This document shows positions 21,834 to 31,779 of a stretch of DNA of 50,985 bases, in pieces; the first letter of the stretch is position 1, and every line of letters starts with the position of its first letter. Under the pieces are notes generated by a model that saw nothing but the letters and a program-made list of their open reading frames with translations, did not search any database and was not told the origin of the DNA. The stretch is taken from IMG/VR virus record IMGVR_UViG_2721755720_000003. One strand, given 5' to 3'. A program made the translations under genes and the position numbers. The stretch comes from a virus. Lineage: Duplodnaviria > Heunggongvirae > Uroviricota > Caudoviricetes.

Positions 21834-22949
21834 TTAAATCCCTGCTTTTCTGAATACCTGTGCATCACGCTCACGGAGCTGCTTCAGCGTCAGCCATTCG
21901 CCTTTATCGGTGTAAAATTCATCTGGCGACATACCACCATCCCGAATCAGCTTTGCTCGGGTTTCCCCCACAATCTGTTTTTGTCTGGTGTAAGGCTGAC
22001 GCAAAAACCATTCCCTGTAGGTTGTATCTCCGGCCACCACGCCATCCATGCTGGCCCGCTCAGCCGGGGAAATATCGCGAACATCAATACCCAGTTCCTT
22101 CGCTGATTTCAGAATGAACGTTTCCGTTGAGCGGCAGCAGAAATGAATTTTTCCCGGCCCCTGCAAATAAGGCACGCTGTGACCTACAGGTTTATTATTC
22201 AGCGTATATTTGAGGCGATCCCTGATTCGACATTGTGGCGTAGTACGATTATCAAGCGTTGATAACCATTGCTTACCCTTAATCAAATCATTATTCGCGC
22301 TGGCAAAACTCTCACGGGCAGTAGCAGCAAGATGTCCAACCGCTGTTTTTGCAATGCTGGCCGCATTAGCCCGGCTCATCTGCAATGCACCATCCTGAAA
22401 TCCCTTACTGACATGTCCCCGAATTTTTCTTGCGATCTGCTCATTGGTATCCCCCAGCAAAAAACCCTGACGCACTGTATTTGTTATGCGTCTGAGCCGA
22501 TCCGCCTCAAGATCTGAGGCCCACTCACTGAGCAGTCGTCCCTGGAATGGTCGCGCCATTGCAGCGGCATAAAGTGCATCAGGAGAGATACCAACCAGAG
22601 GGTGAACATCAGCAACAAAATCAGGTAGCATAGAATCAAACAGACTTAACTGATAACCAGCCTCATAAATTGCCAGCTCGTTCAGCTCTCCGGAGAGACT
22701 GGTAAACATGCTGTTAATAGCAGTGCGGTTAACCTTTCTGACGCTCGCCAGAAGTGACTCCAGGCGCTTAACGGTAAAATTACCTGGATCGAGGCTGTCC
22801 AGTGCTATCAGCAGGCGAGCAGTAAGTTCCGCATCGCTGTCATTCAGTATTTTCACCATTCTGGCAGCCACGCCAGTGCTATAGCGGGATATCCAGACTG
22901 CATGAGCAATTGATTCATCACGCAGCCGTTCATTCACGGTTTGCATCAT
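21834..22949 (-). CDS. Head morphogenesis protein (SPP1 gp7 / Mu F family minor capsid protein)
   Basis: 371 aa immediately downstream of the portal gene. Confidence 0.75.
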   Translation of the reverse strand: MMQTVNERLRDESIAHAVWISRYSTGVAARMVKILNDSDAELTARLLIALDSLDPGNFTVKRLESLLASVRKVNRTAINSMFTSLSGELNELAIYEAGYQLSLFDSMLPDFVADVHPLVGISPDALYAAAMARPFQGRLLSEWASDLEADRLRRITNTVRQGFLLGDTNEQIARKIRGHVSKGFQDGALQMSRANAASIAKTAVGHLAATARESFASANNDLIKGKQWLSTLDNRTTPQCRIRDRLKYTLNNKPVGHSVPYLQGPGKIHFCCRSTETFILKSAKELGIDVRDISPAERASMDGVVAGDTTYREWFLRQPYTRQKQIVGETRAKLIRDGGMSPDEFYTDKGEWLTLKQLRERDAQVFRKAGI

Positions 22950-24336
22950 TGATTTCCATCAGCATTACACTCTGATTTTTTAATTCATCGATCACTTCCT
23001 CTGGACGGGAATCCTGATCGATAAATTTCAACGCCTGCAACACCCGAACCGCATCAATCTGACGTATATCACCGCCCTGACGCAATGACTGAACAGCCAG
23101 CGCGGAGGATGAGTCAAACACCTGGGCAGATACATCCAGTTCAGTGCGCACATCCACATTGCCACCGCAACTCTCTCCGATCCATTCCGCCATTATCTGG
23201 AGAATATTATCGAGGGCATCTTCGAGGGAGTTCGCCATTGTATAAAGCGGCGAGTTTTCCTGCATTCGCTCTTCATTAGTCTGATCAACAGATTTGGTGG
23301 ATGTATTTTCAGCACGCAGAAGTTTAGCGCCGGCATGACGCATCTGATTTTCCAGCTTCTCAAGTGATGTTTCGCCAGATTCTATCGCTGCGCCACTATG
23401 TTCAACATATTCGAGGCCATTTTTTGTTCTGTCCTCAAAAATCGTAGCGGTGGATGCACCAACCGTCAGTTCTTCATTCCTGTCCAGCCCGTAGGCCACC
23501 AGTAATGGAACGCTGGCAACATGAAGAATATTGTCCTGCTCGCTCTGGCTTTGCCAGTGCTTGATATTCAGCAAGCCAAGATTAAGCAATGGCGGTGTAC
23601 CACGCATAAATCCTGTTTTCTTCGTGTACAGTGTTACCAGAGGAATATCATCACGGCTGGTATTCCATGACTCATGAAGCGTCCAGACAGATTCGCCATT
23701 AGTGCCTTCGCTACGTCGATAAATTTCAACTCGACGGGGCATAATATGGCGGATCTGCTCCACCTTCTTCTGCCCGAAATCATCACCATCAATAATGATG
23801 ACCTCTTTTATACGCAAATCAGTGAGAACAACTTTCCCTTTTTCAACTTTCGATTTCCATCCAATAACCTGGCGTGGATTCAGCATCGTAACGTACGGAC
23901 GACCACCGGTCGCGTTTTCATCGGCTTTTGTCCGAATCTCTTTCATATCCGTTCGTGGATAGTCCACCAGCGCATGTGCCACACCATACTGAAATGCGAG
24001 GCTGAAAAATTGCTGCGCCCACACATCCAGTCGGCTCCCCTCCATGTCGATATTTTCTGCATATTCCCTGATTTTTGCCGGCGTTTCCTCACTCAATACT
24101 GTCGGCTCTGCAAATATGCGCCCAATATTTTGCTTGATGCTTTCTTCATACACAGGAAGTAGCGTAGCCACAGACAGGCGTTTTTTATAAGCGTCTTCAT
24201 CTTCGTTAGGCCATTTTGGGAGATAATTTTCCCCCTGCCTGCGCATTTCAAGCGTACCGCCCATCAGTGCGTCGTTAATATCCCACGCCTCCAGCATATC
24301 GTTATAGTCGAGGTTGGGTGTTGATATATCAGCCAT
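22930..24336 (-). CDS. Portal protein
   Basis: 468 aa; position between terL and the MuF-like gene. Confidence 0.8.
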   Translation of the reverse strand: MADISTPNLDYNDMLEAWDINDALMGGTLEMRRQGENYLPKWPNEDEDAYKKRLSVATLLPVYEESIKQNIGRIFAEPTVLSEETPAKIREYAENIDMEGSRLDVWAQQFFSLAFQYGVAHALVDYPRTDMKEIRTKADENATGGRPYVTMLNPRQVIGWKSKVEKGKVVLTDLRIKEVIIIDGDDFGQKKVEQIRHIMPRRVEIYRRSEGTNGESVWTLHESWNTSRDDIPLVTLYTKKTGFMRGTPPLLNLGLLNIKHWQSQSEQDNILHVASVPLLVAYGLDRNEELTVGASTATIFEDRTKNGLEYVEHSGAAIESGETSLEKLENQMRHAGAKLLRAENTSTKSVDQTNEERMQENSPLYTMANSLEDALDNILQIMAEWIGESCGGNVDVRTELDVSAQVFDSSSALAVQSLRQGGDIRQIDAVRVLQALKFIDQDSRPEEVIDELKNQSVMLMEINDANRE

Positions 24337-24338
24337 AA

Positions 24339-25649
24339 TTAAATCCGAAGTGATGTGACTCTTCCGGTCGGTTTGACAATAGGGAATTGCTTAACGATGA
24401 AATAACCTCCGGCATCATTCGGGTGATCATTGCCAGATTTTTTATCAGGCTCCCCCTTCTCATCCCAGACCTGTTGCTCCAGAGATTCGGCATATAACGG
24501 GCAACGCTTCACATTAACTTTATAGCGACGCTCACCATTGGCATTGCAGAACATTGCATTCATTGAGTTAACGCGATCTTTTACTGGCGGGTTCGAGCTG
24601 TTCACCACAACGTTAAAACCAGCCTGCTTAAGCTGGGCTATATCCGTCGTACTTGCGTTACTTGATTTTCTGGAATCCCCGGAAGCATCTGGATAAATAT
24701 AAATTTCCCTCACTTTCCGGTAATCATTCCCATCATACAGCCAGAAGCGTTCTTTAATGATGCGGATCATATCCGGCGTATCGTAGGCATTGATGATTTC
24801 AGTTACCGCACATGGAAGCCCCAAACGCAGCACATGGACGATTCCCGCCATCTTTCCAACGTTAAAATCCATCCCAATATAAATCGGCTCCCCTGGCTGC
24901 TCCACTTCTTCGCAATTATTCAGTTTCCGGTCAAACTGATGGTAAACAGTACCACTTGTCAGGTTAGTAAACTGTCCTCGAAGATAGGCTTTAATCAGCT
25001 CTGGAGGGTATGATTCAAGAAGCGAAGGAATGTAATCTGCTGGCAGGTTCTTTTCATTATCGAAAGTAGATGCCTGCACCAGACCATACAGTGAGGCCAG
25101 CTCTGTTTTTTCACGCACGGCTTTAACAAACTGCTCGTAGACAAATTTGAATCCTTCCGGCGTGGTTGTAACGTCAATACCGTTGCGAAGTCCATCAATC
25201 TTATAACGCATACGTGCAATTATCTTGCGCCACGCCGTTCTGGCTTTTTCCTTCGGCAAAATGTCCAGTTCATCCACCAACGCATTACCAATTTTGAAAC
25301 CGACGATCGTTTGTGGCTTCTCCATCGATCTGCAGATAGTGGTTCCCCGATACTGGCGTCCGTAATAAAAGTGAACCTCTTTATTTCCCTCATTAATTTT
25401 TACGTTCAATCCCCAGTCAGCAGCAACTTCTTCCACTGTAGGGTAAAAAATATCGCGAATTTGGGGATACGTTGGCGCAAAATATCCCTGATTTATACCT
25501 GGATGCTCCCAAATCCCCTTGCATATGCCGCCACACCCAACCCATGTTTTGCCCGAGCCAAAACCAGCAATATAGGCTTTAAATTTATGGGGCATTGAAA
25601 GAAATCGCGCCTGAGGCACATTAAGCGTCGGAGAGATCATCTTCATCAC
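24339..25649 (-). CDS. terL: Terminase large subunit
   Basis: Walker A GFGSGKT near the N-terminus; C-terminal nuclease-like acidic residues; 436 aa. Confidence 0.9.
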   Translation of the reverse strand: MMKMISPTLNVPQARFLSMPHKFKAYIAGFGSGKTWVGCGGICKGIWEHPGINQGYFAPTYPQIRDIFYPTVEEVAADWGLNVKINEGNKEVHFYYGRQYRGTTICRSMEKPQTIVGFKIGNALVDELDILPKEKARTAWRKIIARMRYKIDGLRNGIDVTTTPEGFKFVYEQFVKAVREKTELASLYGLVQASTFDNEKNLPADYIPSLLESYPPELIKAYLRGQFTNLTSGTVYHQFDRKLNNCEEVEQPGEPIYIGMDFNVGKMAGIVHVLRLGLPCAVTEIINAYDTPDMIRIIKERFWLYDGNDYRKVREIYIYPDASGDSRKSSNASTTDIAQLKQAGFNVVVNSSNPPVKDRVNSMNAMFCNANGERRYKVNVKRCPLYAESLEQQVWDEKGEPDKKSGNDHPNDAGGYFIVKQFPIVKPTGRVTSLRI

Positions 25650-26715
25650 TCCTTACTCTGGCATCAACCACATTAATATTGATCGCCACAGGCTGGGGAT
25701 GTTCATTATCTTCCACCGTTTCGATCTCTTTGCGCAGCTTCTGGTTTTCCATTCTGCGCCGTTCAATTTCCAGTTCCTGTAGCCGTTTATCTGCACATAA
25801 AGCCCCGCCAGCAGAAAACAAACGCAACAATTCACGCCGGGCGGCAGCCTTATCCTCCAGCAGGATCTCAACGCCGAATTTTCCGAATTTTGCCCCTGCA
25901 TATAATTGCCGCGCATCCCCATCAAGCAGAGTGGTATCAGCCATATAAAGCTGTCCCGTTCCCTCACCGCAGCACTTCGGGCAGTCCGGATTGGGTATGG
26001 CGTTATCAACAAAGCCGAGGCCTCCATATTCCGGTTCGGGTTTGCCATCTCTGGAAGCCTGCGCCGCTGCCTTGTCGAATTCTGCTATATCGCGCCACTG
26101 GTAGAGATGATTCTCGCCCCAGCAATAACGGCAGTTAACACGGCGAAATTGTGCAAGCTGATTGGGGTCGGCCAGGACAATAGCCATCAACTGACTCACT
26201 AGTAAATCCAGGTCTGCGGTATAGCGTTTCTGGTACTGATTGCGGAAGTAGCTGATAGCGCGAAAAACCCTGGCATTTCTAAGCATACGACTGGCGTTGC
26301 TGTTAGCTGTCGCACCTTGCCCCTCATAACCGGCTAGTCGGTACGCCTCTGTCGGCTTTTTACCCTGAGCAACAAGCATCGCAAACTTAGCCTGCTGGTC
26401 AGAAATGCCGAATTCATCGGGACAGAACGAAAATTCCTCCGCGTCGCCCTCATTCAGGCCCGCATCGAATACTGGCTTTTTTTCCTGAGATTTTTCGTTC
26501 CGCTTTTGTGCAGTCTGCGCAGATTTTTTCTGCGCACTTTTTTGCGCAGTTTTGCACATTTCTGTCTGCGCATTTTTCGGAGTTTTTTTGATGTAACGAC
26601 GGGCTGTTGCGTAATTCAGTCCCCTTGCTTCACACCATGCCACCGGAGATATACCGGAGCGGGTGTATTCAGCAATATACTCCTGCTGCAACGCCCCCCA
26701 GTCCGGTCTGCTCAT
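25621..26715 (-). CDS. terS: Terminase small subunit (long, PacA-like), N-terminal HTH
   Basis: Directly upstream of terL; N-terminal HTH-like segment; Lys/Gln-rich region encoded by TGCGCA repeats. Confidence 0.6.
   Translation of the reverse strand: MSRPDWGALQQEYIAEYTRSGISPVAWCEARGLNYATARRYIKKTPKNAQTEMCKTAQKSAQKKSAQTAQKRNEKSQEKKPVFDAGLNEGDAEEFSFCPDEFGISDQQAKFAMLVAQGKKPTEAYRLAGYEGQGATANSNASRMLRNARVFRAISYFRNQYQKRYTADLDLLVSQLMAIVLADPNQLAQFRRVNCRYCWGENHLYQWRDIAEFDKAAAQASRDGKPEPEYGGLGFVDNAIPNPDCPKCCGEGTGQLYMADTTLLDGDARQLYAGAKFGKFGVEILLEDKAAARRELLRLFSAGGALCADKRLQELEIERRRMENQKLRKEIETVEDNEHPQPVAININVVDARVRSDEDDLSDA
26506..26575. repeat. Cluster of TGCGCA hexamers each followed by a T-run, inside terS; candidate pac site
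   Basis: TGCGCA at ~26514, 26531, 26543 and 26569, plus TGCACA variants, all within ~70 bp. Confidence 0.4.
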
Positions 26716-26718
26716 CAG

Positions 26719-26970
26719 TTAGTCCTGATTTTTATCCACCCTGAGTAGTTCGCGCAGAGCAAAGGCATCCCCTTTTCTGGCAAGCTTAAACAATGCCGCT
26801 CGTAACTCGGCTTCACCTTTCGCTCTGCCCTTACGGATGGCCGCATAAAAATCTGTCATTGCTTCCCGATTTTCTTTCAGTCGGTTCAGATCAACATCCA
26901 GAACGTCAGCGATTTGTTGTGCAGTCATCCGGCACGCTGCCAGAGACTCGACTTTCGAATACGGAATCAT
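26719..26970 (-). CDS. Small hypothetical protein upstream of terS
   Basis: 83 aa with a GGGGGTGA RBS; stop overlaps the terS start region. Confidence 0.5.
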   Translation of the reverse strand: MIPYSKVESLAACRMTAQQIADVLDVDLNRLKENREAMTDFYAAIRKGRAKGEAELRAALFKLARKGDAFALRELLRVDKNQD

Positions 26971-27838
26971 TTGTCACCCCCATTGATATGCAGGGTGTCT
27001 TCTTCCTGTATTTTTCGTGAAGGATTTTTACTGCAGCGTTGTTCCAGGTGACCTGATGGTGAATGCGTTTATGGCTGGCACCCATCAGTGAGATTTTTAC
27101 GCACGACGGCGCATACATGACGGAGTAAAAACTTTTAACGTAGGTTCCGGAATCCAGATACAGCTCGGTCATTCCGCCGCTGTTTTTCTGCGTCTGTTTC
27201 TGCCCTAACTGGACAGCACCGATCGTCATAAACAATTCACCACAGCGACCGAGATTCGTGTACGTATTCACATCCTCGTTAATGCGCCCCATGAATGAGA
27301 ACGGTCGATCAACCGAACAGATAAAGCTGTTCATTGCCTTGCGTTTCACCCACGAAGCATGGCCGCCATTGTCACCAAGAAAATCCCCGCCCTGCGACAT
27401 AGCGATGGAAAGAGCAGGTATTGATTCGTAGTACGCCAGCATTTCAGAAAGGATCGCATCCAGTTTCCTTATCGGAAAATAGGCCTGGTCATAGTTGCGA
27501 TCCACCCGAAACTGGAACTCGTGATAATCATCATCGAGCTGAATGAAGTATTTACACCCGACCAGTTTTGCCAGGTCGAAACAGGCATTACGGGCGTAAA
27601 AAATTGAGCGGCGGTCACAGAAATTATCGGCTTCGTCAAAACGACTGGCGATATCGGCTTTGGAAAACACCAGCACCTGTTCACCAAATTCAGCCATGTA
27701 CTGATTCCGTGTCTTATCTTCATCATCAACAACGATAAAAATTTTCCCGGTATAGCCAGCACGACGCAACGTCCGGTAAGTCAGAACTTTGTCCGGTCGC
27801 CCGTGAGTCAGAATAAAGGCGCAAAAATCATCACGCAT
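26906..27838 (-). CDS. Putative GT-A-like nucleotide-sugar transferase (DxD motif), function unknown
   Basis: 310 aa; N-terminal beta-strand FILTHGRP…IFIVVDDED and QLDDDY motif; ATG overlaps the ParB-like stop (ATGCGTGA). Confidence 0.45.
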   Translation of the reverse strand: MRDDFCAFILTHGRPDKVLTYRTLRRAGYTGKIFIVVDDEDKTRNQYMAEFGEQVLVFSKADIASRFDEADNFCDRRSIFYARNACFDLAKLVGCKYFIQLDDDYHEFQFRVDRNYDQAYFPIRKLDAILSEMLAYYESIPALSIAMSQGGDFLGDNGGHASWVKRKAMNSFICSVDRPFSFMGRINEDVNTYTNLGRCGELFMTIGAVQLGQKQTQKNSGGMTELYLDSGTYVKSFYSVMYAPSCVKISLMGASHKRIHHQVTWNNAAVKILHEKYRKKTPCISMGVTNDSVFESRVSGSVPDDCTTNR

Positions 27839-28622
27839 ATTCCTCCTCCTCACCACCATGCATGATCTCCACCATGCGCTGCGTCATCCGGACAAATCCA
27901 TTTTCAATAGCCTGCTGATAATCAATGATCACCAGCGCCGACTCCTCGAAAAAACACTGAATTTCAGAGGGGGCGTGAGCGTAATAGTCCGCAATTCTGC
28001 TGAAATTAAACACCGTGTGACGTTCTGCCGCACACAGGAGGAATTTCTCAATATCAGGCTCAAGGGACGCCGAACGTATCCGGCTGATCAGCTCCTGAGT
28101 TTTCGTATCGTCGTACAGTTCACTGATATCCGGTTTACCGCCCGACGGCTCATAAACAGGCGTATCAATTTTCGTCGTATACGGCTCCTCCTCATTTCCT
28201 GTACCGGGCAAAACATCCGTCAACAGTTCATCAATTTCTGTCGGGATGAAGCCTGTCAGGGAGACATCAAAATCAGCATTGATTAGGTCCGACAGCTCCA
28301 TCCGCAACAGATCTTCATCCCAGCCAGCATTCATCGGCAGGCGATTATCTGCCAGGCGGTACGCCTTTTTCTGCTCATCCGTCAGGCCAGACAGAACAAT
28401 GACCGGAACAGAATCCATTTTGAGCATTTCAGCCGCCATAACACGACCGTGACCCGCAATAATTTCGCCCTTTTCGTCAATCAGCACCGGATTAGTCCAG
28501 CCGAATTGCTTAATACTTTCTACCAGTTGTGCCACCTGCTCAGGGCTGTGCGTCCTGGCGTTGTGCGCATACGGTGACAATTCTTGTAATGGGCGATAGA
28601 CTATCTTTAATTTCTCGCTCAT
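27831..28622 (-). CDS. ParB-like nuclease domain protein (ParB/Srx N-terminal domain)
   Basis: 263 aa; N-terminal KIVYRPLQELSPYAHNARTH…IIAGHGRVMAA; I recall K-12 Rac ynaK as a short relative. Confidence 0.8.
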   Translation of the reverse strand: MSEKLKIVYRPLQELSPYAHNARTHSPEQVAQLVESIKQFGWTNPVLIDEKGEIIAGHGRVMAAEMLKMDSVPVIVLSGLTDEQKKAYRLADNRLPMNAGWDEDLLRMELSDLINADFDVSLTGFIPTEIDELLTDVLPGTGNEEEPYTTKIDTPVYEPSGGKPDISELYDDTKTQELISRIRSASLEPDIEKFLLCAAERHTVFNFSRIADYYAHAPSEIQCFFEESALVIIDYQQAIENGFVRMTQRMVEIMHGGEEEEYA

Positions 28623-28759
28623 ACAGCCTTGCTTTATGAATAAAACGCACCCCAGCAGCCAGTGCTACTGGGGACGGAGGGGTTGCTGGTAAAGTTAGGT
28701 ATTGGATCAATGAGTGAGTCAACATAATATTAAACTCACAATTATAAATCAGCCATATA

Positions 28760-30217
28760 TTAGGAGCGCCAAAAAAAACCTGAAAACAATATAATAACAG
28801 GATAAATTTCAAGGCGACCAAGAATCATAGCTATGCACATTAAACATTTTGCAATGTCATTAAGCACTCCGAATGACGATGCAGTAGCCCCAAAACCTAA
28901 TCCCATATTATTAATACATGCAGCCACTGTTGCAAATGATGTAAGAAAATCATATCCCATACCATTTAACACCAGTATAAAAAACACCGTGAAGAGAGTA
29001 TAAAGAAAAAAGAAACTCCATACAGACCTCATTACACGATCTGTAACTATCTTCCCTCCTACATTTACACTCAACAACGCTCTGGGATGAGAAAGCTGAT
29101 TTATCTCGTGTTTGCTTTGTTTGAAAAGTATAAGAAATCGAAGTGACTTAATTCCACCACAAGTTGAACCTATACATCCCCCAAAGAAACTTGACAACAG
29201 CAAAAACACTATCGTATGCGTGGGCCAACTTGCATAATCCTGCGTAGCTAAACCATTATCAGTGAGCATGGAGCTGGCAAGAAAAAACGAATGAATAAAA
29301 CTTCCATGCAAGTCATACATACCTATATGCCAGACCTGGAAAGAGGTAACAATGATCACCCCTAAGGCTATTAACAGAAAGAAACGAAGTTCAATATCTC
29401 TGATTAAAGGTTTTATCGTTTTCCTGCTAATAACAATATACCAAAGAGTGAAGTTGAAAGCCGATAGCAGGGAAAAAGAACCAGCCACCAGCTCAACCAA
29501 ATAGTTATTAAAATATCCGATACTCTCGCTATGAGTTGAGAAACCACCAAGCGAAACTGTGGAAATCCCGTGACAAATAGCATCAAACAAAGGCATTCCT
29601 GCAAGTCTATAACAGACAATACAAGCAATACCTAATAAAGAATAAGTTATCCACAGTGTCCGTGACGTATCGGCCAGGCGGGGAGTGAGTTTGTCATCCT
29701 TAAATGGCCCCGGCATTTCTGACTGATAAAGCTTTGCACCACCAATACCCAATAATGGCAATACAGCAACCGCCAGAACAATAACTCCTAAACCACCTAT
29801 AAAATTTAACTGTGACCGATAGTACAAATATGCCCGAGGTAATGAACTAACATCATCAATTACAGTTGCTCCTGTTGTTGTTATTCCAGAAACCCCTTCA
29901 AACAGAGCATCAATGAACGTTAAATTAAGTTCTGAGTCAATCCATAAAGGGAATGCACTAATAACAGAAAACAAAATCCAAAACATTACAATTATAATAA
30001 ACCCATCACGGGTACGTAATTGAATGCCAGATTTCTTAGTTGTATACCACGCTCCGCCACCAATGCAAAAAAATATAACGAAAGTTATAAAGAAAACGAA
30101 CAGGCTTTTTTCTTTATAAAACAATGCTACAACCATTGGTGGCAACATTGAAAGACTATAGAGCCAAACCAGGAACCCACACATATGAGTAACAACTCTT
30201 ACATGAGATGTATTCAT
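28760..30217 (-). CDS. trkG: TrkH/TrkG-family K+ uptake membrane protein
   Basis: 485 aa polytopic membrane protein recognised as Rac TrkG; AT-rich codon usage relative to neighbours. Confidence 0.9.
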   Translation of the reverse strand: MNTSHVRVVTHMCGFLVWLYSLSMLPPMVVALFYKEKSLFVFFITFVIFFCIGGGAWYTTKKSGIQLRTRDGFIIIVMFWILFSVISAFPLWIDSELNLTFIDALFEGVSGITTTGATVIDDVSSLPRAYLYYRSQLNFIGGLGVIVLAVAVLPLLGIGGAKLYQSEMPGPFKDDKLTPRLADTSRTLWITYSLLGIACIVCYRLAGMPLFDAICHGISTVSLGGFSTHSESIGYFNNYLVELVAGSFSLLSAFNFTLWYIVISRKTIKPLIRDIELRFFLLIALGVIIVTSFQVWHIGMYDLHGSFIHSFFLASSMLTDNGLATQDYASWPTHTIVFLLLSSFFGGCIGSTCGGIKSLRFLILFKQSKHEINQLSHPRALLSVNVGGKIVTDRVMRSVWSFFFLYTLFTVFFILVLNGMGYDFLTSFATVAACINNMGLGFGATASSFGVLNDIAKCLMCIAMILGRLEIYPVIILFSGFFWRS

Positions 30218-30354
30218 ATCTAAATATTCTTTCAATTATAACCACCTTGCTGCAATATTATGATTATACTGTATAAAATTTAACTCCTCTTAGATCTTAC
30301 TTCACTGTTCCTTATGAAACAATCATCAAAATGAATCATATTGTAGTTAAGATT

Positions 30355-30819
30355 TTACTTTAAACACTGCTCGGTTATGTATTGCTGAGCACCTTCAAGT
30401 TGGGCCTGCATCATTACCAGTCGTTCCCGGAGGGTGAAATAATCCCGTTCAGCGGTGTCTGCCAGTCGGGGGGAGGCTGCATTATCCACGCCGGAGGCGG
30501 TGGTGGCTTCACGCACTGACTGACAGACTGCTTTGATGTGCAACCGACGACGACCAGCGGCAACATCATCACGCAGAACATCATTTTCAGCTTTCGCATC
30601 AGCTAACTCCTTCGTGTATTTTGCATCGAGCGCAGCAACATCACGCTGACGCATCTGCATGTCAGTAATTGCCGCGTTCGCCAGCTTCAGTTCTCTGGCA
30701 TTTTTGTCGCGCTGTTCTTTGTAGGCGATGGCGTTATCACGGTAATGATTAACACCCCATGACAGGCAGACGACGATGCAGATAACCAGAGCGGAGATAA
30801 TCGCGGTTACTCTGTTCAT
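30355..30819 (-). CDS. rzpR: Rz i-spanin (inner-membrane spanin subunit)
   Basis: N-terminal TM segment and coiled-coil periplasmic domain; ATG overlaps the endolysin stop; Rz1 embedded. Confidence 0.85.
   Translation of the reverse strand: MNRVTAIISALVICIVVCLSWGVNHYRDNAIAYKEQRDKNARELKLANAAITDMQMRQRDVAALDAKYTKELADAKAENDVLRDDVAAGRRRLHIKAVCQSVREATTASGVDNAASPRLADTAERDYFTLRERLVMMQAQLEGAQQYITEQCLK
30414..30599 (-). CDS. rzoR: Rz1 o-spanin lipoprotein, embedded in the +1 frame of Rz
   Basis: 61 aa; lipobox VVVGC; Pro-rich PPPPP mature part. Confidence 0.8.
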   Translation of the reverse strand: MRKLKMMFCVMMLPLVVVGCTSKQSVSQCVKPPPPPAWIMQPPPDWQTPLNGIISPSGNDW

Positions 30820-31313
30820 TGCTGACCCCACAAACAGATTTCACGCTCAATCTCACGACGAGTCATGAGACCTTTCCATTGCTTACCGCCAGCATATGTC
30901 CAGCGACGTAGCTGATCACATGCGCCTTTGATATCGCCCTGGTTTATTTTGCGAAGAAGCGTCGATGTTCTGAAATTGCCAGCACCCACGTTGTAAACGA
31001 ATGAGTAAAGAGCGCCGCGCGTTGTTTCCGGTATATCGACTTTGATGTACGGGTTAATTTGTCTGGCGACCGTGGCAAGGTCTTTATTCAAGAGTGTTTT
31101 GCATTCTGCTTTGGTATACGTTTTACCGAGCATGATGTCTTTTCCTGTATGCCCGTGACATACAGTCCATACACCAACAATATCTTTGTATGGTATGTAG
31201 CTGACACCTTCCAGACCATCGTTACCACTTGGGCCAGTGATTAACACTGATGCTATAGCAATTGCTCCGCCACCAATAGCAGCAGCAACGACTTTTCGTA
31301 ATGATGGAGGCAT
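30816..31313 (-). CDS. R: SAR endolysin (phage-21-type lysozyme with N-terminal signal-anchor-release domain)
   Basis: 165 aa; Gly/Ala-rich N-terminal hydrophobic segment [19 protein letters not shown]4-lysozyme-like catalytic region. Confidence 0.9.
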   Translation of the reverse strand: MPPSLRKVVAAAIGGGAIAIASVLITGPSGNDGLEGVSYIPYKDIVGVWTVCHGHTGKDIMLGKTYTKAECKTLLNKDLATVARQINPYIKVDIPETTRGALYSFVYNVGAGNFRTSTLLRKINQGDIKGACDQLRRWTYAGGKQWKGLMTRREIEREICLWGQQ

Positions 31314-31528
31314 TATTCACCTCTCGCAGCCTTGCGCTTATCTTCTTTAATCTTGAAATAAAGGTTTGTCAGGTACGTCAGCAGGCCAAATACCAGACTA
31401 CCCAGCACACCGATTGCAGCCCACTGTGACGGAGTTACTCTATCGAGCAACTGTAAAAACCAGTAGCCAGCACTGCCTGCGGAGGTGCCGTAGGCAATGC
31501 CTGTTGAAATTTTGTCCATGGATTTCAT
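31313..31528 (-). CDS. S: Pinholin (S21-like class II holin) with dual-start motif MKSMDK
   Basis: 71 aa from the ATG at 31528 (GGAGGTGA RBS); two TM segments; stop overlaps the R start. Confidence 0.85.
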   Translation of the reverse strand: MKSMDKISTGIAYGTSAGSAGYWFLQLLDRVTPSQWAAIGVLGSLVFGLLTYLTNLYFKIKEDKRKAARGE

Positions 31529-31636
31529 AGCCTCACCTCCGCACGGAACGGATGGCATAGTTATTATGTGTAGGCTTTCAGACACATCAATCAGAGCCTT
31601 AATTGATATATATGCTGGAGACGATGCAATATAAAA

Positions 31637-31654
31637 AGCTCGCCGTAGCGAGCT
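31637..31654 (-). terminator. Candidate intrinsic terminator hairpin between lipoprotein gene B and the holin
   Basis: AGCTCGC-CGTA-GCGAGCT stem-loop flanked by A/T runs. Confidence 0.4.
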
Positions 31655-31779
31655 AATAAAATGTATTTCTCTGATATTATGTTTATTTGTATTAGCTCAG
31701 ACTTGACATCACAGGTTTCGTATATAGAACATCATCAAATCTGTCAGTTTGCTATGAATGAGATATAGTAATTGAAGAG

